The notes under the pieces are model-generated. The model was not told the DNA's origin, made no database searches, and was given only the letters and a program-made list of their open reading frames with translations. A stretch of DNA of 64,000 bases. Origin: an uncultured delta proteobacterium (GTDB lineage: Bacteria; Desulfobacterota; Binatia; UBA9968). The translations under genes and the position numbers were made by a program. The stretch spans positions 160,001 to 224,000 of the forward strand of contig CAVTUQ010000026.1 in NCBI GenBank assembly GCA_963737905.1. Direction: 5' to 3'. Of the stretch, positions 9,766 through 20,400 are shown piece by piece (position 1 is the first letter of the stretch; each line of letters starts with the position of its first letter).

Positions 9766-10359
9766 ATGTCCGGGCGTCCCATTCCATTCGCGCGTAATTC
9801 TTCCCATTTCGTGCACATCCAAAATAGCCTTGCGGCTGTTCTAAAGGACATAAAAAATGCCAAGGGTCTCACCGCAAAGGTTTTATGGGTGTCCTGTCGT
9901 CTTAACCGGAGCAAGACGCAAGACAGCCCGGTCTTCGTTGGCTGGGTCGAGGATATCGGCGCTATGAATATGCGGGTCGAGAAGCGTCAACCGTACGCAC
10001 CGGTAGAAATCCGCTTTGGCGATACTCATCCATCTGCGTTGTACTCAACTTGTCTCAGCACTCCTCTTGGAACCGTCGTTCCTCGAACTTGGGGATCAGA
10101 CAAAGCAGATCCAACAAGCCAGCGCATTGGAGAGAAATTCTACGGCGAAACTCATCGCAGGTCGATCGCGATAAAAGTTCAGAACGTGTATGTGGGCACA
10201 CTGAACGCCGCTTTTTTGGGAGATCCAGCCGCTGCAGAAAAGAGGATTCGAGAGATACTGGTTGAGCGGGCACAGACCGCAAACTCCCCTCTGGTCAGGT
10301 ACATCAGAGCCAATCTGGATTTTTCGGGGCCAAAATGTCCGAGGCACCACCCGAACTGA
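9766..10359 (+). CDS. Hypothetical protein, possibly a degenerate GAF-like fold
   Basis: 197-aa ORF with an RBS-like AAAGGG; overlaps the HK start; RSIAIKVQNVYVGTLNA resembles a GAF beta-hairpin. Confidence 0.55.
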   Translation: MSGRPIPFARNSSHFVHIQNSLAAVLKDIKNAKGLTAKVLWVSCRLNRSKTQDSPVFVGWVEDIGAMNMRVEKRQPYAPVEIRFGDTHPSALYSTCLSTPLGTVVPRTWGSDKADPTSQRIGEKFYGETHRRSIAIKVQNVYVGTLNAAFLGDPAAAEKRIREILVERAQTANSPLVRYIRANLDFSGPKCPRHHPN

Positions 10360-12017
10360 AACCCTCTTTCCCCGGTACCCCTTACTCAAAAGATCAACTC
10401 ACAGCACGGAGCCGGGATCTTGCTGCGCTCCTCACCGTTGCTGAAGTTGCCACTCAATCGCTCGATATCGAAAAAATATTGAATGACACCTTGGATAAAT
10501 CACTCGAAATTCTTGGTTTCGACGTGGGATTTATCCGGACCTTGGATCGAGAGAATAAAAATATGCTGGTGCGCGTTGCCCGGGGCCTGCGCTCTCCCGA
10601 ATTTCTGGCAGGCCTTGCGCCCATAGGTACCGAACGGCGCAACGTTTCCAGGATCGTGTTCGAAACCAAAGAGCCTTATATCTGCACCGATATCCGTAAG
10701 AACTCAATTTATAAGAACCGCTCCATGGAACGAGAGGGAGTGGTCTCAACGGCTGCCGCTCCCGTTATGTCCAAGAATCGTGTCCTTGGCATCATGGTCG
10801 TAGGCAGTCGCCGGCCACACAGGTTTCGGAAGAGAGAAATCAAGCTCCTCATGGCTTTTGGCTCCCAACTCGGGGCGGCGTTGGAAAACGCTGAGCTTTA
10901 CCAGAAGGTCAACGAGAGCAAGGTTTACATTGAAAATCTGGTCGAAAATGCCGCGGACCTGATTATCACTGCGGACTTGGAAGATAGAATCCTCACGTGG
11001 AATCGCGGGGCAGAGGTTCTTTTTGGCTACAGTAAAGACGAGGTGATAGGAAAACATCTCTCGATTCTGCTTCCTTCAGAGCGCTTCCACGAACTAGAAG
11101 AAATGCGCGCGAAAGTCCAGATTTCCGGAGCCCTCCGGGATATCGAGGTTCGAAGCAAAAGGAAAGATGGAGTGATGGTTTTTCTATCTCTGTCGGTTTC
11201 ACCGATCAGAGACGTGGAGGGAAAGATCGTTGGTTTTTTGCGAGTCGCTAAAGACATCACCGAGAAAAAGCGCTATGAGCGGCGGCTTAAGGAGCTCGAT
11301 AAAATGAAGTCGGATTTTGTATCCAACGTTTCTCATGAGCTCAGGACTCCGCTGACCTCGATCAAGGGGTCGGTCGATAATATGCTCGATGGTCTCACGG
11401 GGTCGCTCAACGAAAAACAAGTTCGGTACTTGAGCCGAATCAAGTCAAATACCGATCGTCTCTCCCGGCTGATCAACGATCTTCTCGACCTCTCCCGGAT
11501 CGAGGCCGGACGTGTCGAGGTTCGACCGACCACTCTTCCCTTGACCGCGCTTGCTGAAGAAGTAGCAGAATACCTGAAGGCTCTAGCTGCGGAAAAGCTT
11601 ATTCGGGTCGAAGTCCCGTCTCCCGATCCCAGCGTGACCGTTTGGGCGGATCGAGACAAGGTCACTCAGGTACTGATGAACCTTATTGGCAATGCGGTCA
11701 AGTTCACCCCACGAGATGGCAAGGTAACCGTTGCGATCGAGAAAAATGGCAATGATTACGTTCAAATCTCTATTGCTGACACCGGTCCGGGTATTCGCCC
11801 GGAAGAGGCGAATAAAATCTTCTCTAAGTTTTATCAGGTCGCCAATCTAGACAAGCAAAAACCCACAGGAAGCGGATTGGGTCTGGCCATCTCGAAGGCG
11901 CTTGTGGAAATGCATGGGGGTAAAATCTGGATGGAAAGTGAAGTAGGAAGAGGAAGCACGTTCTATTTCACCTTGCCTGCGCAGCAACCCTTTAAGCTTG
12001 AAATTCCTGCCGGTTAA
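10335..12017 (+). CDS. Cytoplasmic GAF-PAS histidine kinase
   Basis: GAF (AAPVMSKNRVLGIM), PAS (WNRGAEVLFGY...DITE), [10 protein letters not shown]-box, HATPase boxes. Confidence 0.95.
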   Translation: MSEAPPELKPSFPGTPYSKDQLTARSRDLAALLTVAEVATQSLDIEKILNDTLDKSLEILGFDVGFIRTLDRENKNMLVRVARGLRSPEFLAGLAPIGTERRNVSRIVFETKEPYICTDIRKNSIYKNRSMEREGVVSTAAAPVMSKNRVLGIMVVGSRRPHRFRKREIKLLMAFGSQLGAALENAELYQKVNESKVYIENLVENAADLIITADLEDRILTWNRGAEVLFGYSKDEVIGKHLSILLPSERFHELEEMRAKVQISGALRDIEVRSKRKDGVMVFLSLSVSPIRDVEGKIVGFLRVAKDITEKKRYERRLKELDKMKSDFVSNVSHELRTPLTSIKGSVDNMLDGLTGSLNEKQVRYLSRIKSNTDRLSRLINDLLDLSRIEAGRVEVRPTTLPLTALAEEVAEYLKALAAEKLIRVEVPSPDPSVTVWADRDKVTQVLMNLIGNAVKFTPRDGKVTVAIEKNGNDYVQISIADTGPGIRPEEANKIFSKFYQVANLDKQKPTGSGLGLAISKALVEMHGGKIWMESEVGRGSTFYFTLPAQQPFKLEIPAG

Positions 12018-12403
12018 TGAAGTCAATTATGGGGCTGAAAATTCTTCTTGTCGATGATGAGCCTGATATTGTCGAGGTCATTCAGGATCGACTCGAAGCT
12101 TATGGATTCACCGTCGTCACGGCCGGAACCGGACTAGAGGCCTTAAAAAAGCTATCGGTGGAAAAATTCGATGGTATCTTCCTCGACGTTAAGATGCCGG
12201 AGATGGGCGGTATTGAAGCTTTGGAAGAGATCCGGAAACGGGACACGAAAATTCCCATTATCATTATCACGTCATCGTCCACCCGAGAGGCGGCCATCGA
12301 CGCTGTTGCCAAAGGTGCCAATGAATACATCCTCAAGCCCTTTGAATGGGAAGAGCTGAAGGCCAAGGTTCAGAAGGTCCTTCAGGTGAGTCTGGAAGGA
12401 TAG
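12017..12403 (+). CDS. Single-domain response regulator
   Basis: VDDE, FLDVKMP and ILKPF motifs. Confidence 0.93.
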   Translation: MKSIMGLKILLVDDEPDIVEVIQDRLEAYGFTVVTAGTGLEALKKLSVEKFDGIFLDVKMPEMGGIEALEEIRKRDTKIPIIIITSSSTREAAIDAVAKGANEYILKPFEWEELKAKVQKVLQVSLEG

Positions 12404-12405
12404 CG

Positions 12406-13758
12406 ATGGAAACTTTTGCCGGTAATATCCTCGTGGTTGATGATGACGCCGATATACGTGAGGTGCTTGGGGATCGTCTCGAGTCCTTGGGGTATCGTGT
12501 ATTGGTTGCTGAAACGGCTAGAGCGGGTCTGGAGCTTCTAGAACGGCAAAATCCGCAGTTGGTTCTTCTCGACATCGAGATGCCCGACATGAATGGCATT
12601 GATATGCTTCGAGAAATTCGGCGCAAAGAACATGATGTGACGGTTGTTATGATTACCGCGTACGGCACCATCGAAAGAGCCGTCGAAGCAATGAAGGAAG
12701 GGGCCTATGACTTTATACCGAAACCATTCGAACCGGATCATGTGGCTCTGATTGTAGCGAAAGCCCTCGAGCGTGAGACTTTGAAGCGCGGAATTGAGAT
12801 ACTGACGGAGCAGTTGGATGATCGACATCGGATGATCGTTGGCCAAAGCGCGCCGATCAATCGCGCTGTCGAAACGGCAAAGAAAGCCGCCGCTAGCCGA
12901 TCCACGGTTTTGCTTCTAGGCGAAAGCGGAACGGGCAAAGAGATCTTTGCCCGCGCGATTCATAGCTGGAGCGACAGAAGGGACAAGCCGTTCGTCGCGA
13001 TCAACTGCGTCGGCCTCTCTAGGGAACTGTTGGAGAGCGAGCTTTTCGGCCACGAGAAGGGGGCGTTTACCGGCGCCTTACAGCTGAAAAAAGGAAAAAT
13101 GGAAATGGCCCATGGTGGCACGGTGTTTCTCGATGAAGTCGGGGACATTTCCACGGAGCTTCAGACCAAACTGTTGAGATTTCTTCAGGAGCGCGAATTT
13201 GAGAGAGTCGGGGGGACCAAGCCCATCAGCGTCGACGTGAGGATCATCGCCGCCACGAACCGCGATCTCAATAGCGCTGTCCGAGAGGGTCATTTTCGCG
13301 AAGATCTTTATTATCGTCTCAACGTAGTTCCCTTGACCCTGCCGGCGTTGAGAGAGCGTAAAGAAGATATTGCCGGCCTGGCGAACTCCTTTCTAAAACG
13401 ATCGGCTTTGGAAACGAAAAAAAACTTTACTGGCGTTACGGAAGAAGCTCTGCAAAAGCTGGTTGCTTACGGATGGCCGGGTAACGTCCGCGAGCTTGCC
13501 AATGTTATCGAGAGCGCTGTCGTGCTGGGGCAAGGACCCGAGTTAACGCTTCACGATTTGCCCGCCAAGATTGTCTCGACGATGTCCAAAGGATCGCGCG
13601 GCGGTTTCACCTATCACGGCGCCATCGATGATTATCGACGGGAACTGATCGAGAAAACGCTCGCCCAAACCCAGGGAAACCGCGCCGAAGCAGCCAAGAT
13701 TTTAGGCCTGCAAAGAACCTACCTCTCGCGGCTGATCAAAGCCTTGAGAGTCAGCTGA
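12406..13758 (+). CDS. NtrC-family sigma-54-dependent response regulator
   Basis: REC; [28 protein letters not shown]; Fis HTH. Start at METFAG. Confidence 0.96.
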   Translation: METFAGNILVVDDDADIREVLGDRLESLGYRVLVAETARAGLELLERQNPQLVLLDIEMPDMNGIDMLREIRRKEHDVTVVMITAYGTIERAVEAMKEGAYDFIPKPFEPDHVALIVAKALERETLKRGIEILTEQLDDRHRMIVGQSAPINRAVETAKKAAASRSTVLLLGESGTGKEIFARAIHSWSDRRDKPFVAINCVGLSRELLESELFGHEKGAFTGALQLKKGKMEMAHGGTVFLDEVGDISTELQTKLLRFLQEREFERVGGTKPISVDVRIIAATNRDLNSAVREGHFREDLYYRLNVVPLTLPALRERKEDIAGLANSFLKRSALETKKNFTGVTEEALQKLVAYGWPGNVRELANVIESAVVLGQGPELTLHDLPAKIVSTMSKGSRGGFTYHGAIDDYRRELIEKTLAQTQGNRAEAAKILGLQRTYLSRLIKALRVS

Positions 13759-13762
13759 GTTA

Positions 13763-13833
13763 TCGGCATATGGCGTATGGCTTAGAGCCTATGGTTTGGA
13801 TGTTCCTGCCATAGGCTATCAGCCATATGCCGA
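13763..13833. repeat. Heptamer-periodic hairpin (TCGGCATATGGCGTATGGC ... GCCATATGCCGA), possibly acting as a terminator
   Basis: Inverted arms immediately after the NtrC stop codon. Confidence 0.7.
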
Positions 13834-13986
13834 GTGCACGATTCACTCAGCCTGCATCCCTTTCGATACTCCTCCGTATCCGAAAGTATGCTTCCATAAT
13901 TGGTTTCAGCGCTCATCCCAAACCCGCTACAGAAAAACCCCCCGAAAAACACTAAAGAATTTTCGTTAAGCACTGCGCGGCCGCGT

Positions 13987-14001
13987 TGGCACGATGCGTG
14001 C
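13987..14001 (+). promoter_or_regulatory. Sigma-54 -24/-12 promoter
   Basis: TGGCAC-GATGC-GTGC, about 50 nt upstream of the small secreted protein. Confidence 0.75.
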
Positions 14002-14053
14002 GCATGCAACGGAGCAGGAAGAAAAAATCTTATGAAGAAAGGAGGTGAGTCAA

Positions 14054-14356
14054 ATGAAAAAGAGCGTATCACTTCTATGTAACCTGCTCCTGTCCTCGAC
14101 CCTGTTTTGGGGCGTGCCCTCGGTTGGCGCAGAAGAGATGATCGACGTGGTTCCCGCCGATATTACCGGTTATTGTCATCTACAGTTCCCCCTGATGAGC
14201 GAAGACAGTTTGTCGTGGGAGCAACCGGTTCTGGATCCGCTGACGGGCAACGTCGTCGATTTTTACGGGCCCTGTGATTATGACCCGACGGGGTCCGATG
14301 AGATCCGCGCCCAGAGGCGTGTGATTCTTCGCGGCGATTTTGATGACGGAGATTGA
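14054..14356 (+). CDS. Small secreted acidic Cys-pair protein, paralog 1
   Basis: RBS AAGGAGGTGA; Sec signal ending VGA|EE; YCHLQFP...DFYGPCDYDP conserved in two other copies. Confidence 0.85.
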   Translation: MKKSVSLLCNLLLSSTLFWGVPSVGAEEMIDVVPADITGYCHLQFPLMSEDSLSWEQPVLDPLTGNVVDFYGPCDYDPTGSDEIRAQRRVILRGDFDDGD

Positions 14357-14379
14357 ATGACGAGCAGGACCCGTGAGTC

Positions 14380-14413
14380 AAGTTAGGGGAAGGCCTTCTC
14401 CTTCCCCTAACTT
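14380..14413 (+). terminator. Stem-loop after paralog 1
   Basis: AAGTTAGGGGAAGG / CCTTCCCCTAACTT perfect 14-bp stem; a related hairpin follows paralog 3 (50933-50966). Confidence 0.65.
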
Positions 14414-14695
14414 CTCCAACAAGGATCTGTCTTGCCGTCACGATATCGGTTAGCGGAGAAGGAGAATGGATATCGGTCTTCCTGTCCTCAACTTTGGGTC
14501 GCAACTCAACGTAATTCGAATGACGGGTCTTTGGCCATTCCGATGTCCATGATATGCAAATGCAGGTAACTAAGTAGACACGCGCGTAAACGATTGGATA
14601 CCTTCTCTAATTTGTCTCACGCCAAAGTTCGGTGACCTCCGAAAGTTATTTACTTAAAGTCGAATACATTTCATCGAGCGACAGTCCCAAATCAG

Positions 14696-14710
14696 TGGCA
14701 CAAGAATTGC
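14696..14710 (+). promoter_or_regulatory. Consensus sigma-54 promoter upstream of the CHASE2 operon
   Basis: TGGCAC-AAGAA-TTGC (perfect consensus); enhancer-like site at 14565-14580. Confidence 0.75.
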
Positions 14711-15137
14711 CCACTCGCTAGACGTCCGGCTGATGGCCGACGGGTCAAGTCAGTGGCAGTCAGGTGCCTCTGATAGGAGGAGTGATCTCACCAGAAAGTT
14801 GAGCTAAAGTCGCGAAAATTTCTCACTGCATATGGGAAGCGCTACTCGAAAGGGGCTGCCTAAAAGAAAGTTGCGCATCCGCACGGATATAGGTTATACG
14901 AGTGGCGAAGCTTCCTACTGTTAATCAAAAGGCAGGTGCCTTGGTGATATGGCTGTCCGTTTATCCATCAGGGTCCCACCAGCAGTTTTTTGCGGATTAT
15001 GAACGCTATCGGGGAACGGTATTGAGACTTTCGAACCGGTTTTGAGCGTTGGTGATCATGATCGTTAGAGCCTTTGCGTAACGATACAAACGCAAAGACT
15101 CAATAGCGCAAAGCAAGCCACAAATCGGAGTTTTAAC

Positions 15138-17393
15138 ATGTCGCGACTGTTTAAAGCCGGCTTCTTCGGCTTGCTTGTAGGGGTCGCGGGGCTGGTGGCG
15201 AGTTTTTTCCATTTTGCCCATGACATTGAGGAAGATGTGGGTCTCGGCTTGTTGTTCCAACTGAGGGGAGTCAGAAAAGCACCATCAGATGTTGTTGTAA
15301 TTAGTATCGACCGTGAATCCTCTGAGCAGCTTGATGTACCCGATAACCCCGATAGATGGCCTCGTTCTCTCCATGCACGTTTGGTCGAAAACCTCGAGAG
15401 AGAAGGTGCGAGGGTCATTGTCTTTGACGTATATTTTATCGAGCCCCGCTCTCCCAACGAGGACGATTCCTTTGTTACAGCAATAAGAAAAGCACGGAAT
15501 GTCGTGCTTGCCGAACCGCTTAAAGCGAGCGAAGTGGCCGGGTCCGACACGGACGGTTCTTACATGGGGCAGCATCAGATCGTCAAAAGAGTGAAGCCGA
15601 TCCCCCCCCTTTCACAGGCTGCCGTCGCCACGGCACCTTTTGTTCTCCCAAGACTACCCGTTAAGGTAAACCAATATTGGACATTCCAAGCGGCCGCCGG
15701 AGATTCCCCGACATTTCCGGTTGTCGCATTCCAACTCTATACTTTGCAGGCCTACGACGAATTTATCCGCATATTGGAAAAAGTGAGTCCGAATCAAGCC
15801 GGAAAACTGTCACACGATGCCGATACAGCGATTAAGTCAAAAGGTGCCATGAGGTTGATTCGGGATATCAGAGAAATTTTCGAAAGCGACCCTTTGATTT
15901 ACGAGAAAATGGTTGCGGAGTTAGACCGCTCGGACCGCGCCACGGGCGATGGGAATAAAATCAGATTCCTCAAATCTCTTGCCAAGATGTACGGCGGCGC
16001 GGATCACCAATATCTCAATTATTATGGGCCGCCACGCACGTTCAACACGATGCCATTTTATCAGGCGTTGCGACTCGATGAAGAGTCAGGCAGCGAACGT
16101 AAGATCGATCTCAAGGGTAAAGCGGTCTTCGTGGGGCTTTCCGAGGTATTGCTTACAGAAAGAAAGGACAGTTTTTATACGGCTTTCTCAAAAACTAACG
16201 GTGTGTTTATCAGTGGGGTCGAGATTGCTGCGACCGCATTTGCAAATCTTTTAGAAGATACATCCGTGAAACCGATCAGCACGCACTATTACATCATTAT
16301 TATTTTGGCCTGGGGGCTCCTGGTGGGTGTTGTTTGTCGTACGGCTGCTCCAGTACTTGCGGCGATAGGGATTCTCGGTATGGGCATTTTCTATCTCGCC
16401 GGTGCGCAGTATCAATTTAACGCTCATGCCACGTGGTATCCGGTCGTTATTCCCCTGTTCTTGCAGGCTCCGCTGGGATTTTTTGGCGCTGTGTTATGGG
16501 ACTATTTTGAGACGAATAAAGAGCGGCAGAATCTCAGGAAAGCTCTTGGTTACTATGTTCCCAACGAGGTGGTGGATGAGTTAGCAAAAAATATCGTCGA
16601 TCTGAAACGAGGCGACCAAACGGTATACGGTGCTTGTTTGCTCACGGATGCCGCGGGTTTCACCACGTTGTCTGAAAAGATGGGCGTGCGGGAATTGAAC
16701 GCCTTAATTGAAAAGTATCATCGGGTCATATTCGAGCCGATAAAGCAGAACGGAGGGCGGGTTATCGACCTGGCAGGAGATTCGGTGTTGGCAATCTGGA
16801 AGGCTGCTGGACCTGATGCCGAGCTGCGGAAACAGGCCTGCCATGCTGCTCTGGGTGTTGCCAAAGCGGTGCGCCAGTTCAATCAGTCTTTCGAGACTGT
16901 CAAACTACCGACACGCGTGGCCATTCATGTGGGACAGATCTTCTTGGGCAACGTGGGCAGTGAGGAAGATTATAGGTATGGTGCTCAGGGAGATACCATC
17001 AATACGGCATCAAGGATGGATGGTCTCAATAAATACTTGGGAACGGAGATTTTGGTGTCTGAAGAGGTCATACAAAACCTCGATGGTTTCTTAACCAGAG
17101 AAGCAGGTAGATTCCTGCTGAAAGGAAAGGCTCAGCCGATCGTAGTTCATGAACTATTATGTCGCACAGAAGAAAGCGACGAAAAACAGACAAGGGCTTG
17201 TGCGATCTTTGCCGAGGCGCTTCAAGCTTTCAGAAAGCGGTCTTGGGATGAGGCGAAAGCCAAATTTCATGAACAGATGAAAAACTCCGGAGAATATGGT
17301 TTGTCGAAGTACTACCTAAAGCTGTGTGAGCAGTATAAGAGGAATCCACCTGGGCAAGGATGGGACGGTGTGATCGATCTAGTGGAAAAATAG
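15138..17393 (+). CDS. CHASE2-domain membrane class III nucleotide cyclase (CyaK/CyaD-like)
   Basis: DVVVISID, WPRSLHA, VFDVYF and SGVEIAA CHASE2 motifs; three TM segments; cyclase TDAAGFT, AGDSV, NTASRM; C-terminal WDGV. Confidence 0.92.
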   Translation: MSRLFKAGFFGLLVGVAGLVASFFHFAHDIEEDVGLGLLFQLRGVRKAPSDVVVISIDRESSEQLDVPDNPDRWPRSLHARLVENLEREGARVIVFDVYFIEPRSPNEDDSFVTAIRKARNVVLAEPLKASEVAGSDTDGSYMGQHQIVKRVKPIPPLSQAAVATAPFVLPRLPVKVNQYWTFQAAAGDSPTFPVVAFQLYTLQAYDEFIRILEKVSPNQAGKLSHDADTAIKSKGAMRLIRDIREIFESDPLIYEKMVAELDRSDRATGDGNKIRFLKSLAKMYGGADHQYLNYYGPPRTFNTMPFYQALRLDEESGSERKIDLKGKAVFVGLSEVLLTERKDSFYTAFSKTNGVFISGVEIAATAFANLLEDTSVKPISTHYYIIIILAWGLLVGVVCRTAAPVLAAIGILGMGIFYLAGAQYQFNAHATWYPVVIPLFLQAPLGFFGAVLWDYFETNKERQNLRKALGYYVPNEVVDELAKNIVDLKRGDQTVYGACLLTDAAGFTTLSEKMGVRELNALIEKYHRVIFEPIKQNGGRVIDLAGDSVLAIWKAAGPDAELRKQACHAALGVAKAVRQFNQSFETVKLPTRVAIHVGQIFLGNVGSEEDYRYGAQGDTINTASRMDGLNKYLGTEILVSEEVIQNLDGFLTREAGRFLLKGKAQPIVVHELLCRTEESDEKQTRACAIFAEALQAFRKRSWDEAKAKFHEQMKNSGEYGLSKYYLKLCEQYKRNPPGQGWDGVIDLVEK

Positions 17394-17443
17394 CAGCTTA
17401 ATTTGATTTCGCGCGGTAATGTAACCGCCAAGGCAGGTGAGCC

Positions 17444-20400
17444 GTGAAGAGGGTCTATTCATCGTTAGCTGTCATTTCTTGCATAGTCCTCTCGAGGGTA
17501 TGCGTCTACTCCGCTGTGTCTCCTACGGCAATAACCTGTGACCCATGGGTTGCAAGAATGGTTTCAGTCCAGGGGAACGTCGAGGTCAGACGGGCGAACC
17601 AGACACAGTGGCAGCCGGCTCACTTGAACGACACCTACTGTAGCGGCGATCGGATTCAGGTGGGAGAGAGAAGCCGAGCCAACGTCGCCCTGGTCAACCA
17701 GCCAATTATCCGTCTCGACCAGAACACCACGATCACTTTCGGAGGAGTGAGAGAAGAACGCACTTCTCTGATCGAGCTGCTTAGGGGAGCGCTTTATTTC
17801 TTCAGCCGTTTACCGCGGAACCTGGAAGTGCGTACCGCTTTCGTCAATGCCGGTGTGGAAGGGACCGAAGGCTTGGTTAGAGTTGAAGCGGACAGGACCT
17901 TTCTATCGATTTTCGAAGGGAGCGTGCTGGCTACGAACCAGGCCGGGAGTCTCACACTCACCAGCGGCCAGTCAGCAGTCGCCGAACAAGGCAGAGCCCC
18001 CACATTAACTGTGGTGGTGCGTCCTCGAGATGCCGTCCAATGGGCGTTGTACTATCCACCCACGCTCTTTTTTCGCCCTGAGGAATTCCCCGCGGGCCCC
18101 GGTTGGGAAGGAATGGTTCGAAGCTCCATCGAGGCTTACATGAAAGGTGATTTAGAGGCAGCCTTCGAAAGCATCAAGGGAGTTCCGGATACTATCAGCG
18201 AACCACGGTTTTTTGTCTACCGTGCCTCGTTGCTGCTGGCGGTGGGGCGGGTCGATGAGGCAAGCAAGGACATCGAGCGCGCACTGAGTTTAAGCCCGAA
18301 CTACAGTGATGCATTTGCGCTGCAATCCGTTATTGCCGTGGTACAAAACGAAAGAGAGAAAGCACTGGACATCGCAAGAAAAGCTGTTGAAGCTGATCCA
18401 AAATCCGCCGCGGCACTGATCGCCCTTTCCTATGCGCAGCAGGCAAATTTCGACCTCGAAGGCGCACTGGAGAGCCTGAAGCAAGCGGTGCAAGTAAACC
18501 CGAATAACGCCCTGGCTTGGGCTAGGTTGTCTGAGCTTCATCTCTCCTTCGCGCGACTAGATGAGGCCCTCGAAGCGGCCCAGAGGGCCGTGGCCCTCGA
18601 TCCAAACCTCGCAAGGACACAGACAGTTCTGGGATTTGCCTACCTGACGCAGGTCAATATAACAGAGTCAAAGAGGGCCTTCGAAAGGTCGATTGAGCTT
18701 GATCAGGCATACTATCTCGCGAGACTAGGTCTGGGTCTCGCGAAGATCCGAGAGGGTGATTTGCCTGAGGGAAGAAGAGAGATCGAAATTGCTGCAAGTC
18801 TGGACCCAAACAACTCCCTTGTCCGCAGCTATCTGGGCAAAGCCTACTACGAGGAGAAACGCATACCTTTGGATCAGCGCGAGTATGCGATCGCCAAGGA
18901 ACTGGACCCGAACGACCCAACACCGTGGTTCTACGATGCAATTGCCAAACAGACCACGAACCGGCCGGTTGAGGCGTTACAGAATATGGATAAAGCCATC
19001 GAACTGAACGACAATCGGTTGGTTTACCGGTCACGCCTGTTGCTCGATTCAGATCTGGCTGCGCGAAGCGCAGCACTTGGCCAGATCTACAACGATCTCG
19101 GTTTCCAGCAGCTTGGCCTGGTAGAAGGATGGAAATCCGTTAACACCGATCCAACCAACTTTTCCGCTCACCGATTGCTGGCCGATACATACGCGACTCT
19201 GCCGCGGCACGAGATCGCCAGGGTCAGTGAGTTGTTCCAGTCCCAACTGCTTCAGCCCATCAACATCACACCCATTCAGCCCCGGCTCGCTGAGAGCAAC
19301 CTCTTCCTCATTAGTTCCTCTGGCCCTGCGCGATTGTCCTTCAACGAGTTCAATCCCCTGTTTACCCGGAATGGAATTTCGTTCCAGACGACCGGCCTTG
19401 CCGGTGAAAATAGTACGTATGGCGGGGAAGGTGTTCTCTCTGGGATCTACAATAAGGCATCTTTCAGCCTTGGCGGTTTTCACTTTCAAACGGACGGATG
19501 GCGAACCAATGCTGACCAGAAGGACTCCATCGGTAACGCCTTCTTGCAATTTGAGCTCTCCCCGAAAACAAGCGCACAGGCTGAATTTCGGCAAAGAGAT
19601 ACAAATCAAGGCGATGTCCGACAAAGATTCTTCCCTGAGGATTTCTTTCCTGGCTTAACAGACAAAGTCGATAGTTTCAGCATACGTTTTAGCGGCCGTC
19701 ACTCGTTCTCGCCGGATTCGATCATGCTCGGCTCAGTTACGTTTCAAGACAGAGATCAAAGAGTAAGAGATGAATCGCCCCCTTCTCCTTTTCTTACTTT
19801 CACTGACACTAAACGTCCTCAGAATGCTGTTAGTGTGGAGCTTCAACACCTATTCCGTTCGCGCTACTTTAATCTTACAAGCGGTGCGGGATACTTCGAC
19901 ATCAGTGAAAAACTCCGAACGATGGCAGGAACAATTTTGCCACCTCCTTTTGATTTTAGTTCAGCAACCCTAAATACAGGCGTCCAACACGTCAATGCCT
20001 ATGCGTATGCCAATATCAACTTACCAAAAAGTGTGATTGTTACGACCGGGATAAGTTTTGACTATTTGAAGGGCGATTCGGTCTTCATTCCAGGGGGCGA
20101 TCAAACCCAATTCAATCCGAAATTCGGAATTACGTGGAATCCGCTCCCAGGGACGACACTTCGTGCGGCTGCGTTTAGGGTCTTAAAGAGAACGCTCATC
20201 ACAGACCAGACGCTTGAGCCAACCCAGGTCGCTGGATTCAATCAGTTCTTCGATGATCCTGAAGTAACAGAAGCATGGCGATACGGGGCGGCTGTCGATC
20301 AGAATAGTTACGAAGAACTTGTTTGGAGGCGCGGAATTTTCCACAAGAGATTCGGAGATTCCTCTAGTTGATGTTTCAGGTCCCGCTCCCGTAACCCGAA

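Noticed and set aside
14720-14990. Riboswitch (cobalamin or c-di-GMP) suggested by AGGTGCC
   Set aside because: Remaining conserved core elements could not be found; kept only as an unexplained leader
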